The notes beneath the pieces were generated by a model, which was not told where the DNA came from, searched no databases, and worked only from the letters and a program-made list of their open reading frames with translations. Of a stretch of DNA of 64,000 nt, positions 1-9,838 are shown in pieces. Numbering within the stretch: position 1 is the stretch's first letter; each line of letters begins with the position of its first letter. The DNA is taken from assembly GCA_963817895.1 (NCBI GenBank), contig CAWFQB010000007.1, positions 96,001 to 160,000 on the forward strand. The letters are read 5' to 3'. A program made the position numbers and the translations under genes. The stretch comes from an uncultured Chthonomonadaceae bacterium (GTDB taxonomy: Bacteria > Armatimonadota > Chthonomonadetes > Chthonomonadales > Chthonomonadaceae).

Positions 1-755
1 GTCGTCGTAAAGGCTTTGCAAACCCCATTACAACCTTCGTCAACATCGAGCAGATTTGCGGGTATCTGGCGCGACATGCCGGGCGGCAGGGCGAGAAGAC
101 CGAACCCACGATGGCCGACGCGCATTTGTGGACGTATGAACTCGGAACCAACAGCGATTGCGCGGCGGACGCGCTTGTGTCCGACAACATCAAAGATTTA
201 GTCGCCCTGTTCCGAACGCTGCCCAACGCCAAAGCCACGTTTGCCACCAAATACGTCAACCGCGAACTGCTGGACTACGATCCGCAGGGCAAAACCCGCC
301 TGCGCTTCAGCCTGATGCCGCCCGCATGTCGCCAAAGTGGTGGATGTTCGCACATCGAAAGTGGCGGACCGTATCGCGGCTATCAATGATTTTGTCGAGG
401 CCGGGTATGAAGTGAATGTCAACTTCGCGCCCGTGATCGTTTATGACGGCTGGCTGGAAGATTATGCGGAATTGTTTACCCTGCTGGATGACAGCCTCAG
501 CCCGCGCGCCAAACAGCAGATGGCGGCGGAAGTGGCGTTTCTGACGCACAACGAGGAACTGCACGAAGTGAATCTGGGCTGGCACCCAAAGGCGAGGAGT
601 GGCTGTGGATGCCGGAAATCCAGGAGACGAAAATATCCGGCACGGGCGGCGAAAACCTGCGCTACAAAGTGAAACTGAAACGGCGTTGGGTCGAGCAGTT
701 CTGCGCGCTGCTGCGCGAAAAACTGCCCTACTGCCCCATCCGCTACGCCTTCTGA
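1..755 (+). CDS. Spore photoproduct lyase (SplB-like radical SAM) family protein, 5'-partial, frameshifted
   Basis: Pieces in different frames join as ...ATKYVNRELLDYDPQGKTRLRFSLMP / DVRTSKVADRIAAINDFVEAGYEVNVNFAPVI / ...GGENLRYK...YCPIRYAF* (TGA 753-755), resembling SPL-family C-terminal regions. Confidence 0.75.
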
Positions 756-767
756 AACGAAATTAAA

Positions 768-865
768 CCACGGAGAACACGGAGGACACGGAGGTGGAGA
801 AGAGAGAAACAAGCCTTTGCTTCTCGCTTTCCTTTTCTCTCCGTGTTACGTCCTTATTCTCCGTG
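768..865. repeat. Inverted pair of 9-nt tandem repeats (ACACGGAGA-like / CTCCGTG..) between convergent genes
   Basis: accacggagaacacggaggacacggag at 768-794; ctccgtgttacgtccttattctccgtg at 839-865. Confidence 0.6.
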
Positions 866-2162
866 TGTTTTTCATTCTCTGGAATTTGGCTTCGATGGCG
901 TTGCAGGCGGCCTCGACGCCGTTTTCGGCCTGTACCTGCTTCCCGACTTCTGCGGCTTTTTGGGCGTAGGATGGGGTTTCGAGCAGGGCGCGGAGTTCGT
1001 GGGTGGCGGTTTCCACCGTGTAGCGGTCACGGGAGATGGTTCTGCCGATGCCCATACGCGCAATGCGGGCGGCGTGATCGGGCTGGTCGTGGCTGTAGGG
1101 CATAATCAGCATGGGTTTGCCCGCCCGCATCGCCTGCCCCGTCGTGCCCACGCCGCCCTGATGCACAATGATGGGGGCGTAGGGGAACAGTTCGCGAATA
1201 GGGCGCGTATTCGGCGGCCAGAATGGTGTCCGGCAGAGGCGTTGCGGGACGATTGCGCGGGTCGCGGCCAATCAGCAGAATCGGCGCGCTTGCCGAGAGC
1301 CGTTGCCGCCTGCGCGCTGTGGGCGTAGAAAGCGCCCGCATCCATGACCGCAGAGGAGCCGAGCGTGAATACAATCGGGGGCGGGCCGGCTTTCCAGAAA
1401 CGCGGCCAGTTCCGGCGGCATGTCCTGTCCGGCTTCCAGACGGTCGTAAAAGGGAAAGCCGGTTTGTACCGTATGAGGCGGCCAGTCCGGTTGTGGCGCG
1501 GCAAGCAGGGGCGAAAACAGCGCCAGAACTAATTGCGGCGAGTGCTGCCCGTCCAGCAACGGGTCGCCTTCGGTGGGCGGCAGGCCCAATTCCGCGCGAA
1601 ATTCCCGTATCGGCGCGCTCCAGGACGCGAGTTTCGCGCTCATCAGGCGTTTCAAGGCGCGATGGAACCCCGGCCCTAATTTGCGCAGGCGCGGCAACAG
1701 AGCCACAATCGGGTCAACGGGCGGAAACACGGGCGGGTCATACGCGGAGATGAAGCCAAGCGGCTGCAAGACCGTGGAACACCAGTTTACGCCCAGTTTG
1801 GCGGCGACAAGCGGCCCGGCATAGACTGCGCCCTGCGTAACCAGCAAATCCGCGCCCTTCACCGCTTCCGTCAAATCCGCGTAACTTTCGCGCAGATACG
1901 GCGTAGCGATCTCCTTGACAAAGTATTCCGTGCCCGTCTTCAAATCCATCGCTTTGCGTATCACGTCTTCCGGGTCGCCAAAGTCCAGCAAGTCGGGGCG
2001 CATGGTATGAAAGCGCAGCCCTTCCGACTCGATCTTTCGTCTTTATAAACATGGCTTGTCGCCAGAACCACGTCATGCCCCCGCGCCTGCAAGCCCAGGC
2101 CAATGCGCGATATACGGGTGCAAATCGCCCAAACTGCCAAATGTTGTGAGAACAATCTTCAT
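846..2162 (-). CDS. Glycosyltransferase family 1 (RhlB/UDP-glycosyltransferase-like), frameshifted
   Basis: N-terminus MKIVLTTFGSLGDLHPY; PIVFTLGSSAV; C-terminal IVHQGGVGTTGQAMRAGKPMLIMPYSHDQPDHA sugar-nucleotide-binding signature; split over several frames. Confidence 0.85.
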
Positions 2163-2175
2163 AAGGACAAGCTTT

Positions 2176-3162
2176 CTATTTCGGCGGGCAGGGCAGAAAC
2201 GTGGTTCCCACATCGCGCCCGTGTACCACATCGTCAATGACGCGCTCACGCCGCCCCCGCGCAATCACAGTACGAATACCGTCCTGCGTCGCGATACGCG
2301 CCGCTTCGATCTTGGTACGCATCCCGCCCGTTCCCACGCCGCTCGTCGTTTCCCCGCCCAATGCGGCAATCGCGGCGTCAATACGCTCCACAACAGGAAT
2401 GAGGGTGTTGAGGTGTTGGGTGTTGGGTGTTCGGGTAATCCTGCGGCTCCTCTTCTCCTTTTCTCCTTTTCTCCTTTTCTTCCCCCGGCGGCTGCGCGTA
2501 TAAGCCTTCTACATCCGAAAAATCAGCAGCAAATCCGCATTCACAAAGGTGGCAACGCGGGCGGCCAAGGTGTCGTTGTCGCCGAATTTGATTTCTTCGA
2601 CGGCTACGGTGTCATTTTCGTTGATGATAGGGACGACGCCCATATCCAGCAGGGCGCGGAGAGTGTTTTGCGCATTGGCGAAACGGGAAGCGTCGCTCAA
2701 ATCGTCGCGTGTCAGCAGCACCTGCGCGACGGTCACATCCCGCCACGCGAACGCTTCGGTATAGGTGTGCATGAGCAAGCCCTGCCCGATGGCAGCCGCG
2801 GCTTGCTTATAAGGAAGGGTGTTGGGAAAGGATGAAGGATGAAGGATGAAGGATGAATTTTCTTCTTCTTGTATCTCGTATCTCGTATCTCGTATCTTCT
2901 CCTCTTCTCCTCTTCTCCTTTTCTCCTTTTCTTCCCCCGGTATTCGCGTATCTTCCCCAACACCTAACACCGAATACCCAACACCCATGGCCTCCCTGCC
3001 CGCCCGTATCGCGCCGGACGTGACCAAAATCACATCATGGCCTTGCAGACGCAGAGCGGCAAGCTGCGCGGTCAGGTCGGCGATAAAGGCGCGGTCAATG
3101 CGTCCCTGCGCGTTGGTAAGCGTACTGGTTCCCACTTTGACGACAATGCGTTGCGGCGGCAT
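2176..3162 (-). CDS. proB: Glutamate 5-kinase (no PUA domain) with two low-complexity insertions and compensating indels
   Basis: IVVKVGTSTLT, LVTSGAI, KQAAAAIGQGLLM, PIINENDTVAVEEIKFGDNDTLAA, GTGGMRTKIEAARIA; ORFs 2509-3162 and 2176-2391 are in the same frame. Confidence 0.95.
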
Positions 3163-3171
3163 AACGGTATT

Positions 3172-4467
3172 TTAGTCCTTGCGGGCGATGGTGTTCCGCC
3201 ATACCAATTTAGCGACGATGGGCCAGTACAAAGCGCTGCGCAGGAACCATCCCAGCAGCGTATAGTGCCAGCCCAGATAGGTAAAGACAGGGATATAGGC
3301 AAGCGCCATGATTGCCCACGCCGCAAGCGATGGTTCTTGCCTGCGGTATTTCCATAAGAGGTATAGGGTGTACAGAACACTCATCATACCCAATAACTCT
3401 GATAAGCGCTGTGTTTTCGTGGCGCCGCCATCGAAAATATAGAGAATGGCTTCGGACAGGGATGCAAAGGCGACATTGCAATAAATCCAGAGGACGCCAA
3501 CTACAATTAAGCCGGTAAGGAGTTTGGAATAAGGGCGCGCGAACCAGATGGCCCCTGCCCCTTGCCGCAGTTTGACTATGCCGCCAATCAGCAGAACCAG
3601 CAGCAGGGCAAGGCCGGGGTACCAGTAAGTGGCCGTCAGAAGGTAGCCATAGAAGCTGAAAAACCAGTATAAAAACGGTTTCCTGAGAATGTGTACCCAC
3701 TTCAGCGGCGGGGGATTGTACGGAGCCACAATGACCAGCCAGCGGTACAAATAAAACAGCAATGCCGCGCCGAGCATCCCTCCGATTTGCGCCAGAAACG
3801 CGCCCCGCTTCACGATTACGTAGTTGGGCTTGCTCCAGGCCAGCGTGAGCGCCATTGCCGGAAATATATAGCCCGTTTCTTTGGTCAACAGGCTCAACAG
3901 GAAACACAGCCAGAACAGAGCCAGAGGCTTTGGGCGCGTGGTTTCCAGCCAGACATCCAGGCCGTAAAGCGCGCCAAGCAGAAAGCCGGCCAGCATCAGG
4001 TCTTGATGCGCGGGATACCAGGCGAGCCAGTCCTTCGGAGTGGCCCCTCCCCAGTTGAAGCGGGGCAAAGCCGAACCGAGCGCTCCGGCCAGCAGGGTAC
4101 AGGCTTGCGAACGGGTAAAACGCCAGGCCAGAGCGCAGCATAGCAGGCAATCCACAACAAACAGGCCAAAACCCATCCAACCAACCCACAGAAAGCCCCA
4201 ATGCAGCCCGATCCACGTTTCAACCCAGAGCAAATAAGAGGAGAGCGGGCGAAAAACGTGAATGCCGTCTTCGATCCACGGGCCATGCCACCAGCGCAGG
4301 CTATCTGCCAACAGATGCGGCGTTTGTTTGTAGCCGGCGAGAATGGGCGCTACGTCGTTCATAGCGAGAACGGAAGGCAAGCCGCACCCGGTCACGAACG
4401 CCCAATTCCAGAACAGCGCCAGTCCAATCACCACAGCCACAAGGCCATATATTGTTCGTTGTGGCAT
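3172..4467 (-). CDS. Multi-pass membrane protein, possibly a GT-C-fold glycosyltransferase
   Basis: 431 aa with many hydrophobic segments; FRPLS and LLTKETG motifs as in GT-C/TMTC-like membrane proteins. Confidence 0.55.
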   Translation of the reverse strand: MPQRTIYGLVAVVIGLALFWNWAFVTGCGLPSVLAMNDVAPILAGYKQTPHLLADSLRWWHGPWIEDGIHVFRPLSSYLLWVETWIGLHWGFLWVGWMGFGLFVVDCLLCCALAWRFTRSQACTLLAGALGSALPRFNWGGATPKDWLAWYPAHQDLMLAGFLLGALYGLDVWLETTRPKPLALFWLCFLLSLLTKETGYIFPAMALTLAWSKPNYVIVKRGAFLAQIGGMLGAALLFYLYRWLVIVAPYNPPPLKWVHILRKPFLYWFFSFYGYLLTATYWYPGLALLLVLLIGGIVKLRQGAGAIWFARPYSKLLTGLIVVGVLWIYCNVAFASLSEAILYIFDGGATKTQRLSELLGMMSVLYTLYLLWKYRRQEPSLAAWAIMALAYIPVFTYLGWHYTLLGWFLRSALYWPIVAKLVWRNTIARKD

Positions 4468-4572
4468 CTTCGATTTCTCTGCCGACCGGGAACACCATTT
4501 TGCCTGAACTCAGGAGGGGTGGGCAACGGCAAAATAGACAGCAGCAAAATAGACGCTGTTTCAGAAGCCGCC

Positions 4573-5925
4573 TCACAGCGCGTTTTTGCGCTTGCCGCCG
4601 GCCCGCGCCTCGTACTCCTCATCGGGCTTGTCTTCGTCCTCGAAATTGAATTCGATGTCGCGGATTTTTACCGTATCGCCGTCCTTCGCGCCCAGACTGC
4701 GCAGGCGTTTGGTGACGCCGATTTTATCCAGCGACTTTTGCAGGCGGCGCAGGGCGAACTCATTTTCCAGATCGGTCATCGCCACCATCCGCTCCAGACC
4801 TTTGCCCACCACCTGGTACTGCCCCGCGCCGACCTGCCGCGCCTCCCAGTGGTTGTCGTCCACTTCCGGCAGGGCGCGAAACACCATTTCCGCCGGTTCC
4901 GCTTCCAATCGCGCCTGCTCTTCCGCGCGCAGGGCTTCCAGCCGATCCATTACGGTATAAATCAGCGGCGTCAGGCCGTTCCGGGTGGCAGCGGAGATGC
5001 GATACACGGTATAGCCCCGGTTTTGCAGTTCCAGTTGCAGGGCGTCCACGCTTGCCATATCCTGAATGGCGTCGGTTTTGTTGAGCGCGACGATCTGCGG
5101 CAGTTCGGCCAGATGCGCGTCGTACAATTCCAGCTCGCGGTTCAGAATCTCGAAATCTTGCAGTGGGTCGCGCCCCGTCATGCCGCTCACATCCAGAATA
5201 TGAATCAGCAGGCGCGAACGCGATACATGGCGCAGGAATTGATGCCCCAACCCGATACCCTCGGACGCGCCCTCGATGATGCCCGGAATGTCCGCCATCA
5301 CGAAATTGCGCTCGGACTCGACGCGCACCACGCCGAGATTGGGCGTCAGTGTGGTGAACGGGTAGTCCGCGATTTTCGGTTTGGCGGCGGAAACGGCGGA
5401 AATCAGCGTGGATTTGCCGACATTGGGGAATCCAAGCAGGCCGACATCCGCCAGCAGACGCAGTTCCATTTTCAGCCGCTTCACTTCGCCGGGTTCGCCT
5501 CGTTCCGCGAACTTGGGAGCCTGATGTATCGAGGTGGCAAAATGCGCGTTGCCCCGCCCGCCGATGCCGCCCTTCGCGATGATGACGCGGGCGTCCGGCG
5601 TGTTCAGGTCGGCGATAACCTCGCCCGTGTCCATGTCCGTGACAACGGTTCCCAACGGCACTTTCAGTTCCAGATCGCCGCCGTCCTTGCCGAACATATC
5701 TTTAGCGCCGCCGTCGCCGCCCCGGTCCGCTTTATATTTATGCCGGTAGCGAAAATCCAGCAGGGTGGTCACATTAGAGTCCACCTGAAAGATCACGCTG
5801 CCGCCATGCCCGCCGTCGCCCCCGTTCGGGCCGCCGTTCGGCACGTATTTTTCCTTGCGAAAGGTTGCCATACCGTTGCCGCCATTGCCGGCCAACACTT
5901 CAATCTCTACTTCATCCACGAACAT
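4573..5925 (-). CDS. obg: GTPase ObgE/CgtA
   Basis: MFVDE..., glycine-rich Obg fold, GFPNVGKST, DYPFTTL, DIPG, NKTD, C-terminal OCT domain. Confidence 0.98.
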   Translation of the reverse strand: MFVDEVEIEVLAGNGGNGMATFRKEKYVPNGGPNGGDGGHGGSVIFQVDSNVTTLLDFRYRHKYKADRGGDGGAKDMFGKDGGDLELKVPLGTVVTDMDTGEVIADLNTPDARVIIAKGGIGGRGNAHFATSIHQAPKFAERGEPGEVKRLKMELRLLADVGLLGFPNVGKSTLISAVSAAKPKIADYPFTTLTPNLGVVRVESERNFVMADIPGIIEGASEGIGLGHQFLRHVSRSRLLIHILDVSGMTGRDPLQDFEILNRELELYDAHLAELPQIVALNKTDAIQDMASVDALQLELQNRGYTVYRISAATRNGLTPLIYTVMDRLEALRAEEQARLEAEPAEMVFRALPEVDDNHWEARQVGAGQYQVVGKGLERMVAMTDLENEFALRRLQKSLDKIGVTKRLRSLGAKDGDTVKIRDIEFNFEDEDKPDEEYEARAGGKRKNAL

Positions 5926-6178
5926 CGAACTACGCTCACTTTCTATCCGCGCTTTTGCCTGCGCTTCTTCAATCCTGACGCCTCATGCGTCCCAATCCTG
6001 CTCACCGCAATACTCCTCCTATTGTATCAGAGTTTCTCCCAAATAGGGTGAACTGAATAAATTCAGCGCTATGGAGGATTTCGGCGGGAAATGTTGAACA
6101 TTGTACTTTGAAATTCTATTATGCAGATGAAGAAGTCTGCAAGCCGTCCGTGCGTAAGGGCGGCATCCGGGAGGCCTT

Positions 6179-6775
6179 ATGTCCATGCTGAAGATTTTTG
6201 TGGTTATTGCCGTCCTCGCCCTGATTGGCGTTGGAGGCTATTTTATGGTACAGAAACACAAAGCGCAGTCGGCGATTCAGCAGGAAGTCGCGCTGCAGCA
6301 GTCGGAAAAACAGGAGTGTGAGCGGCGACTGGGGCTTTTTTATCAGGCATGGAAGCGCTACAAAGCAGACCATAAGGGCGAGGAACCGCCCAATGTCGCC
6401 GTTCTGATACCCAAATACATTCCTGATCCGAAACTGCTGGTTTGCCCGACTGCCCAGCGCTGGCTCAACAATCATAAAGCCGTATCGCGGGGCAGTCTTA
6501 CCATCAACAAGCAGCAGTACACCGAAACCTACGGGTTTCAATGGGTCAATCCCAATGCGGCGCACAGCATCAAGAAGCAGGGCGACAAAGCGCCCCTCAT
6601 TCTCTGCACGGCCCACGAGGAGGGAATATATATCTCCATTTTCCACAAACAACCACAGTTGGGCGCGTTCGATCCCGACAAGCGCGGAAACTATATCTCC
6701 GAACTGCAAAACGCGCGCCCTCTCGTCGCGCGGCGCAATGGAACCGTCGAAGAATTAAGCGCAGACGAAGAGTGA
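6179..6775 (+). CDS. Single-TM exported protein with pseudopilin-like globular domain
   Basis: N-terminal TM helix, then C..RL...YQAWKRYKADHKG...LIPKYIPDPKLLVCP resembling DUF1559/pseudopilin bodies. Confidence 0.5.
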   Translation: MSMLKIFVVIAVLALIGVGGYFMVQKHKAQSAIQQEVALQQSEKQECERRLGLFYQAWKRYKADHKGEEPPNVAVLIPKYIPDPKLLVCPTAQRWLNNHKAVSRGSLTINKQQYTETYGFQWVNPNAAHSIKKQGDKAPLILCTAHEEGIYISIFHKQPQLGAFDPDKRGNYISELQNARPLVARRNGTVEELSADEE

Positions 6776-6830
6776 GGGGCGCGTTCCGCGCCTTTATCGG
6801 GTAGGGTTCGGACAGGTATGGGAGAACAGT

Positions 6831-8579
6831 TCAGCGCGACTGCGCGACGATACTGCCGCCCTGCCGGATTGTCACGGTTGTATTGATGGCGGCAACATCC
6901 GCGCGTTGTGTTTTGCCGTCGGGCCAGCGTATCTCCAGCGTCACCGGCCCGGTATGCGAGCCAAGTCCGAAATGCGCGACAGGCAGCAGGGCGGACATGG
7001 CGCTGCCCGACGCGCGTATTTCGCGCAGTTGTTTTTGCCCCCCGACATTCAGCGTCACGCGCGCGCCCAATCCAAAGCGATTTGGCCCGGAAGATTGTAA
7101 TTGGACGTCCAGCCAGTTCTGCGGCGCAGATTGGTTGTGCAGCAAAACCGCGTCGCCTTCCAGATTGCAAATCAACACATCCACGCGGCCATCCCGGTCA
7201 TAGTCGGCAAATGCCAGTCCCCTGCCGACGAGGGACATGTTCTCCGCGCCGCCCGACGTCGCCGTCACTTCGGTAAAATGCCCCTGATGATTTTGAAATA
7301 TCTGAATAGGCTGCGCGTAGGTTTGGGAAGCATCGAAGTCATGGACATTGTCGCGCACATGCCCGCTTGTCACTACCAGATCGAGCCAGCCGTCATTATT
7401 CAGGTCCGCGAATCCCACGCCAAACTTCACGTAGGGCATGGTGGCCGGCCCAAGCCCGGTCGTGCTGCTGGCGTAAGTAAACAGTCCCTCGCCATCGTTA
7501 TGATACAGACTGATGGATTGCGCAAAATAGGTCGTTACCACCATATCCAATCGGCCATCGTTATCGTAGTCGCCCGAATCCACGCCCATGCCGCCCTGCA
7601 CATGCCCCTGTCCATCATACGCCGTGCCGCTTTTCGTTCCCACATCCTGCCATGTCCTGCCGGAGCGCGTCCATAAATCCCCCGGCATCTGATCATTGGC
7701 GAGATAAAGCGCCGGATGCCCCTGATCCAGCAGATCGGAGGCCAGAACGCCCCAGGTCTTACCCGTGTCTTTCCATGCCATCGCGCGGAAATGCTTTCCA
7801 TCCACATTCTGAAACAATCTGCCGGACAGAGGCGCGTACATTTCCGGGCCGCAGGCGGAGCGGGCGGTGGCGACCAAGCATGTCTGAGGCGTGCTTGCAT
7901 CGAATTTAACAAACTGGCTGACGTATAAATCCAGCCGCCCTGTGCCTGTAAAGTCCGCAAACGCCGCGCTCATGGACCAATCCAGATTTCCAATACCGCT
8001 TTGCGCCGACACATCCTCAAAGCGGCCCCCACCCAGATTGTGGTAAAGCGCCCAGCAGTGATACCCCGTCAGAAAAATATCGGGACGGCCATCGCCATCG
8101 TAATCGCCTACCGCGCAGCCCATCCAATAACCATCGGTTTTCAGGCCGCTGCCCCGCGTGACATTGGTAAAGGTTCCATTCCGCTCATTGTGGAACAGTC
8201 CCACATTGTGCGGCCCGACAAGCAGCGCGTCCGGCCAGCCATCGCCGTCATAATCCAGCCACGCGCACCCGCCCCCCGCTGTTTGCAGCAGCGTGAACGG
8301 GGAATGGCCTTTGTTCTTGAGCGTAAAACGAAGTCCCACTTTTTCCGCCTCCGATACCAAGCGAATCGGGGCAGAAGCAGATTGGGGGGCAGCCGCCACG
8401 ACGGGCGAGGGGGAAGCAGGCAAGAACGCTGTAGGGCGGGGACGGACACAGCCACAAACGGCAAGGCAGGACAACAACAGCAGCAAGCGGATACGGCGCG
8501 TTTGTGCCGCTCCCACAGCAATTCGCGCTGAAGCAGAAGCTGAAAGGCATTGCCAATCCGTAGAAAGTGTCTGCCTCAT
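6831..8579 (-). CDS. CRTAC1-family FG-GAP repeat protein with C-terminal ASPIC/UnbV domain
   Basis: Repeated DYDGDGWPD/DYDNDGRLD motifs; GLGARVTL...HFGLG...IRWPDG C-terminus. Confidence 0.92.
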   Translation of the reverse strand: MRQTLSTDWQCLSASASARIAVGAAQTRRIRLLLLLSCLAVCGCVRPRPTAFLPASPSPVVAAAPQSASAPIRLVSEAEKVGLRFTLKNKGHSPFTLLQTAGGGCAWLDYDGDGWPDALLVGPHNVGLFHNERNGTFTNVTRGSGLKTDGYWMGCAVGDYDGDGRPDIFLTGYHCWALYHNLGGGRFEDVSAQSGIGNLDWSMSAAFADFTGTGRLDLYVSQFVKFDASTPQTCLVATARSACGPEMYAPLSGRLFQNVDGKHFRAMAWKDTGKTWGVLASDLLDQGHPALYLANDQMPGDLWTRSGRTWQDVGTKSGTAYDGQGHVQGGMGVDSGDYDNDGRLDMVVTTYFAQSISLYHNDGEGLFTYASSTTGLGPATMPYVKFGVGFADLNNDGWLDLVVTSGHVRDNVHDFDASQTYAQPIQIFQNHQGHFTEVTATSGGAENMSLVGRGLAFADYDRDGRVDVLICNLEGDAVLLHNQSAPQNWLDVQLQSSGPNRFGLGARVTLNVGGQKQLREIRASGSAMSALLPVAHFGLGSHTGPVTLEIRWPDGKTQRADVAAINTTVTIRQGGSIVAQSR

Positions 8580-9808
8580 GGCGTCCCCTGCGATGGGCCG
8601 CCGGTTTCACTTTGCAGCCGGGCAAGCCGCGCTTTCAGAACGCTTTGCGTCGGGTCTATGCCAATCGCGAGTTTCAGACTGTCCATCGCCCCGGCAACAT
8701 CGCCGGACTGCAACTGCAAATCGGCCAGGCGCGCGTACAAAGCAACATCATTCGGTCGCGCTTCCAGGGCGACTCGTATTTCGCCAATTTGTCGCTGCGC
8801 GTTCTCACGGGCGCGGAAGATCGCCAACATGCGGGCTGCGTCGCTGGCGCGTTTCAAGCGCAGGTAGACCTGACTGAGAGAATAGTACGTCTGATCATGC
8901 TGTGGGGCTGTTTGCAGGCCGCGTTCCAGAAAACGCGCCGCCTGCGGCCAGTGACCGCGCAGCCGTTCTAATTCGCCATGCTCGAACGGCAGAAGGGGAT
9001 TGTCCGGGCTGATCTGCTCAACGATGCCGATGACCTGCTCCGCGCTGTCCAAATCCTCTTTGTTGCGGTGATTCGTCAGCAAAATCGTCAGATAATTGCT
9101 CTGAATGTGAAGACTGGCGGGGGCAAGCTGCGCCGCCTGTCGCGTGGCGGCAATTCCGGCCTCCACATTGCCCAGCGCGACCTCGATACTGCCCTTCAAC
9201 GCCAGATAGTTCGGCTCCGAGGGAACCAGCCGCAACGCCTGCGCGATAGCCTCCTGCGCCTGCGCGATACGCTGCGTTTCCAGATAGCATACGGCCAGCT
9301 CATACCAGGCCTCCGGCACATTCCGATCCGCCTGAACGACGGCATTGAACGCTTCGGAGGCATGAAGGTACGACGCTTTTTTGCGATACAAACGTCCGAG
9401 AGACATCTGCGCGGGAACACTGCGGGGATTTTGCGCCACTGCCGTTTTCAGAAGCTGGAAGGCTTCCGGGTAGTGGTTTTGCGCCATCAAAATACCGGCA
9501 AGCCCCGTTGCCGCTTCCACGTCTTTCTCATTGAGCGCGTATGCCTGAATCAGCGCGGGTTCGGCCATCGCCCCATCTCCTTCGCGCGCCAGGCGCAGTC
9601 CCAGGGTTCGCCAGCCCAGCGCGTCTTTGGGATGCTCATCCAACAGACGGCGCAGGTTCACCATGCTCATGCGCTCATAGCGATACGCCGCGCTCCACGG
9701 GCCGAACCACCAGGCCGCCAAGCCGCCACAGCAGACGGCCAAAGTCAGCAGCAGAATTGTTTTCCAGCGCCCGCGCGGACGCGCAAATTTTTCGGGGATT
9801 GCTTCCAT
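8576..9808 (-). CDS. Tetratricopeptide repeat protein with N-terminal TM anchor
   Basis: Multiple TPR-like helical repeats (AWYELAVCY, SLGRLY); overlaps the start of the downstream gene. Confidence 0.85.
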   Translation of the reverse strand: MEAIPEKFARPRGRWKTILLLTLAVCCGGLAAWWFGPWSAAYRYERMSMVNLRRLLDEHPKDALGWRTLGLRLAREGDGAMAEPALIQAYALNEKDVEAATGLAGILMAQNHYPEAFQLLKTAVAQNPRSVPAQMSLGRLYRKKASYLHASEAFNAVVQADRNVPEAWYELAVCYLETQRIAQAQEAIAQALRLVPSEPNYLALKGSIEVALGNVEAGIAATRQAAQLAPASLHIQSNYLTILLTNHRNKEDLDSAEQVIGIVEQISPDNPLLPFEHGELERLRGHWPQAARFLERGLQTAPQHDQTYYSLSQVYLRLKRASDAARMLAIFRARENAQRQIGEIRVALEARPNDVALYARLADLQLQSGDVAGAMDSLKLAIGIDPTQSVLKARLARLQSETGGPSQGTP

Positions 9809-9838
9809 TAAAATTTCAGCTAAATTTCATATTGAACT

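Noticed and set aside
4201..6051. 616-aa plus-strand ORF
   Set aside because: Antisense shadow of obg; no motifs.
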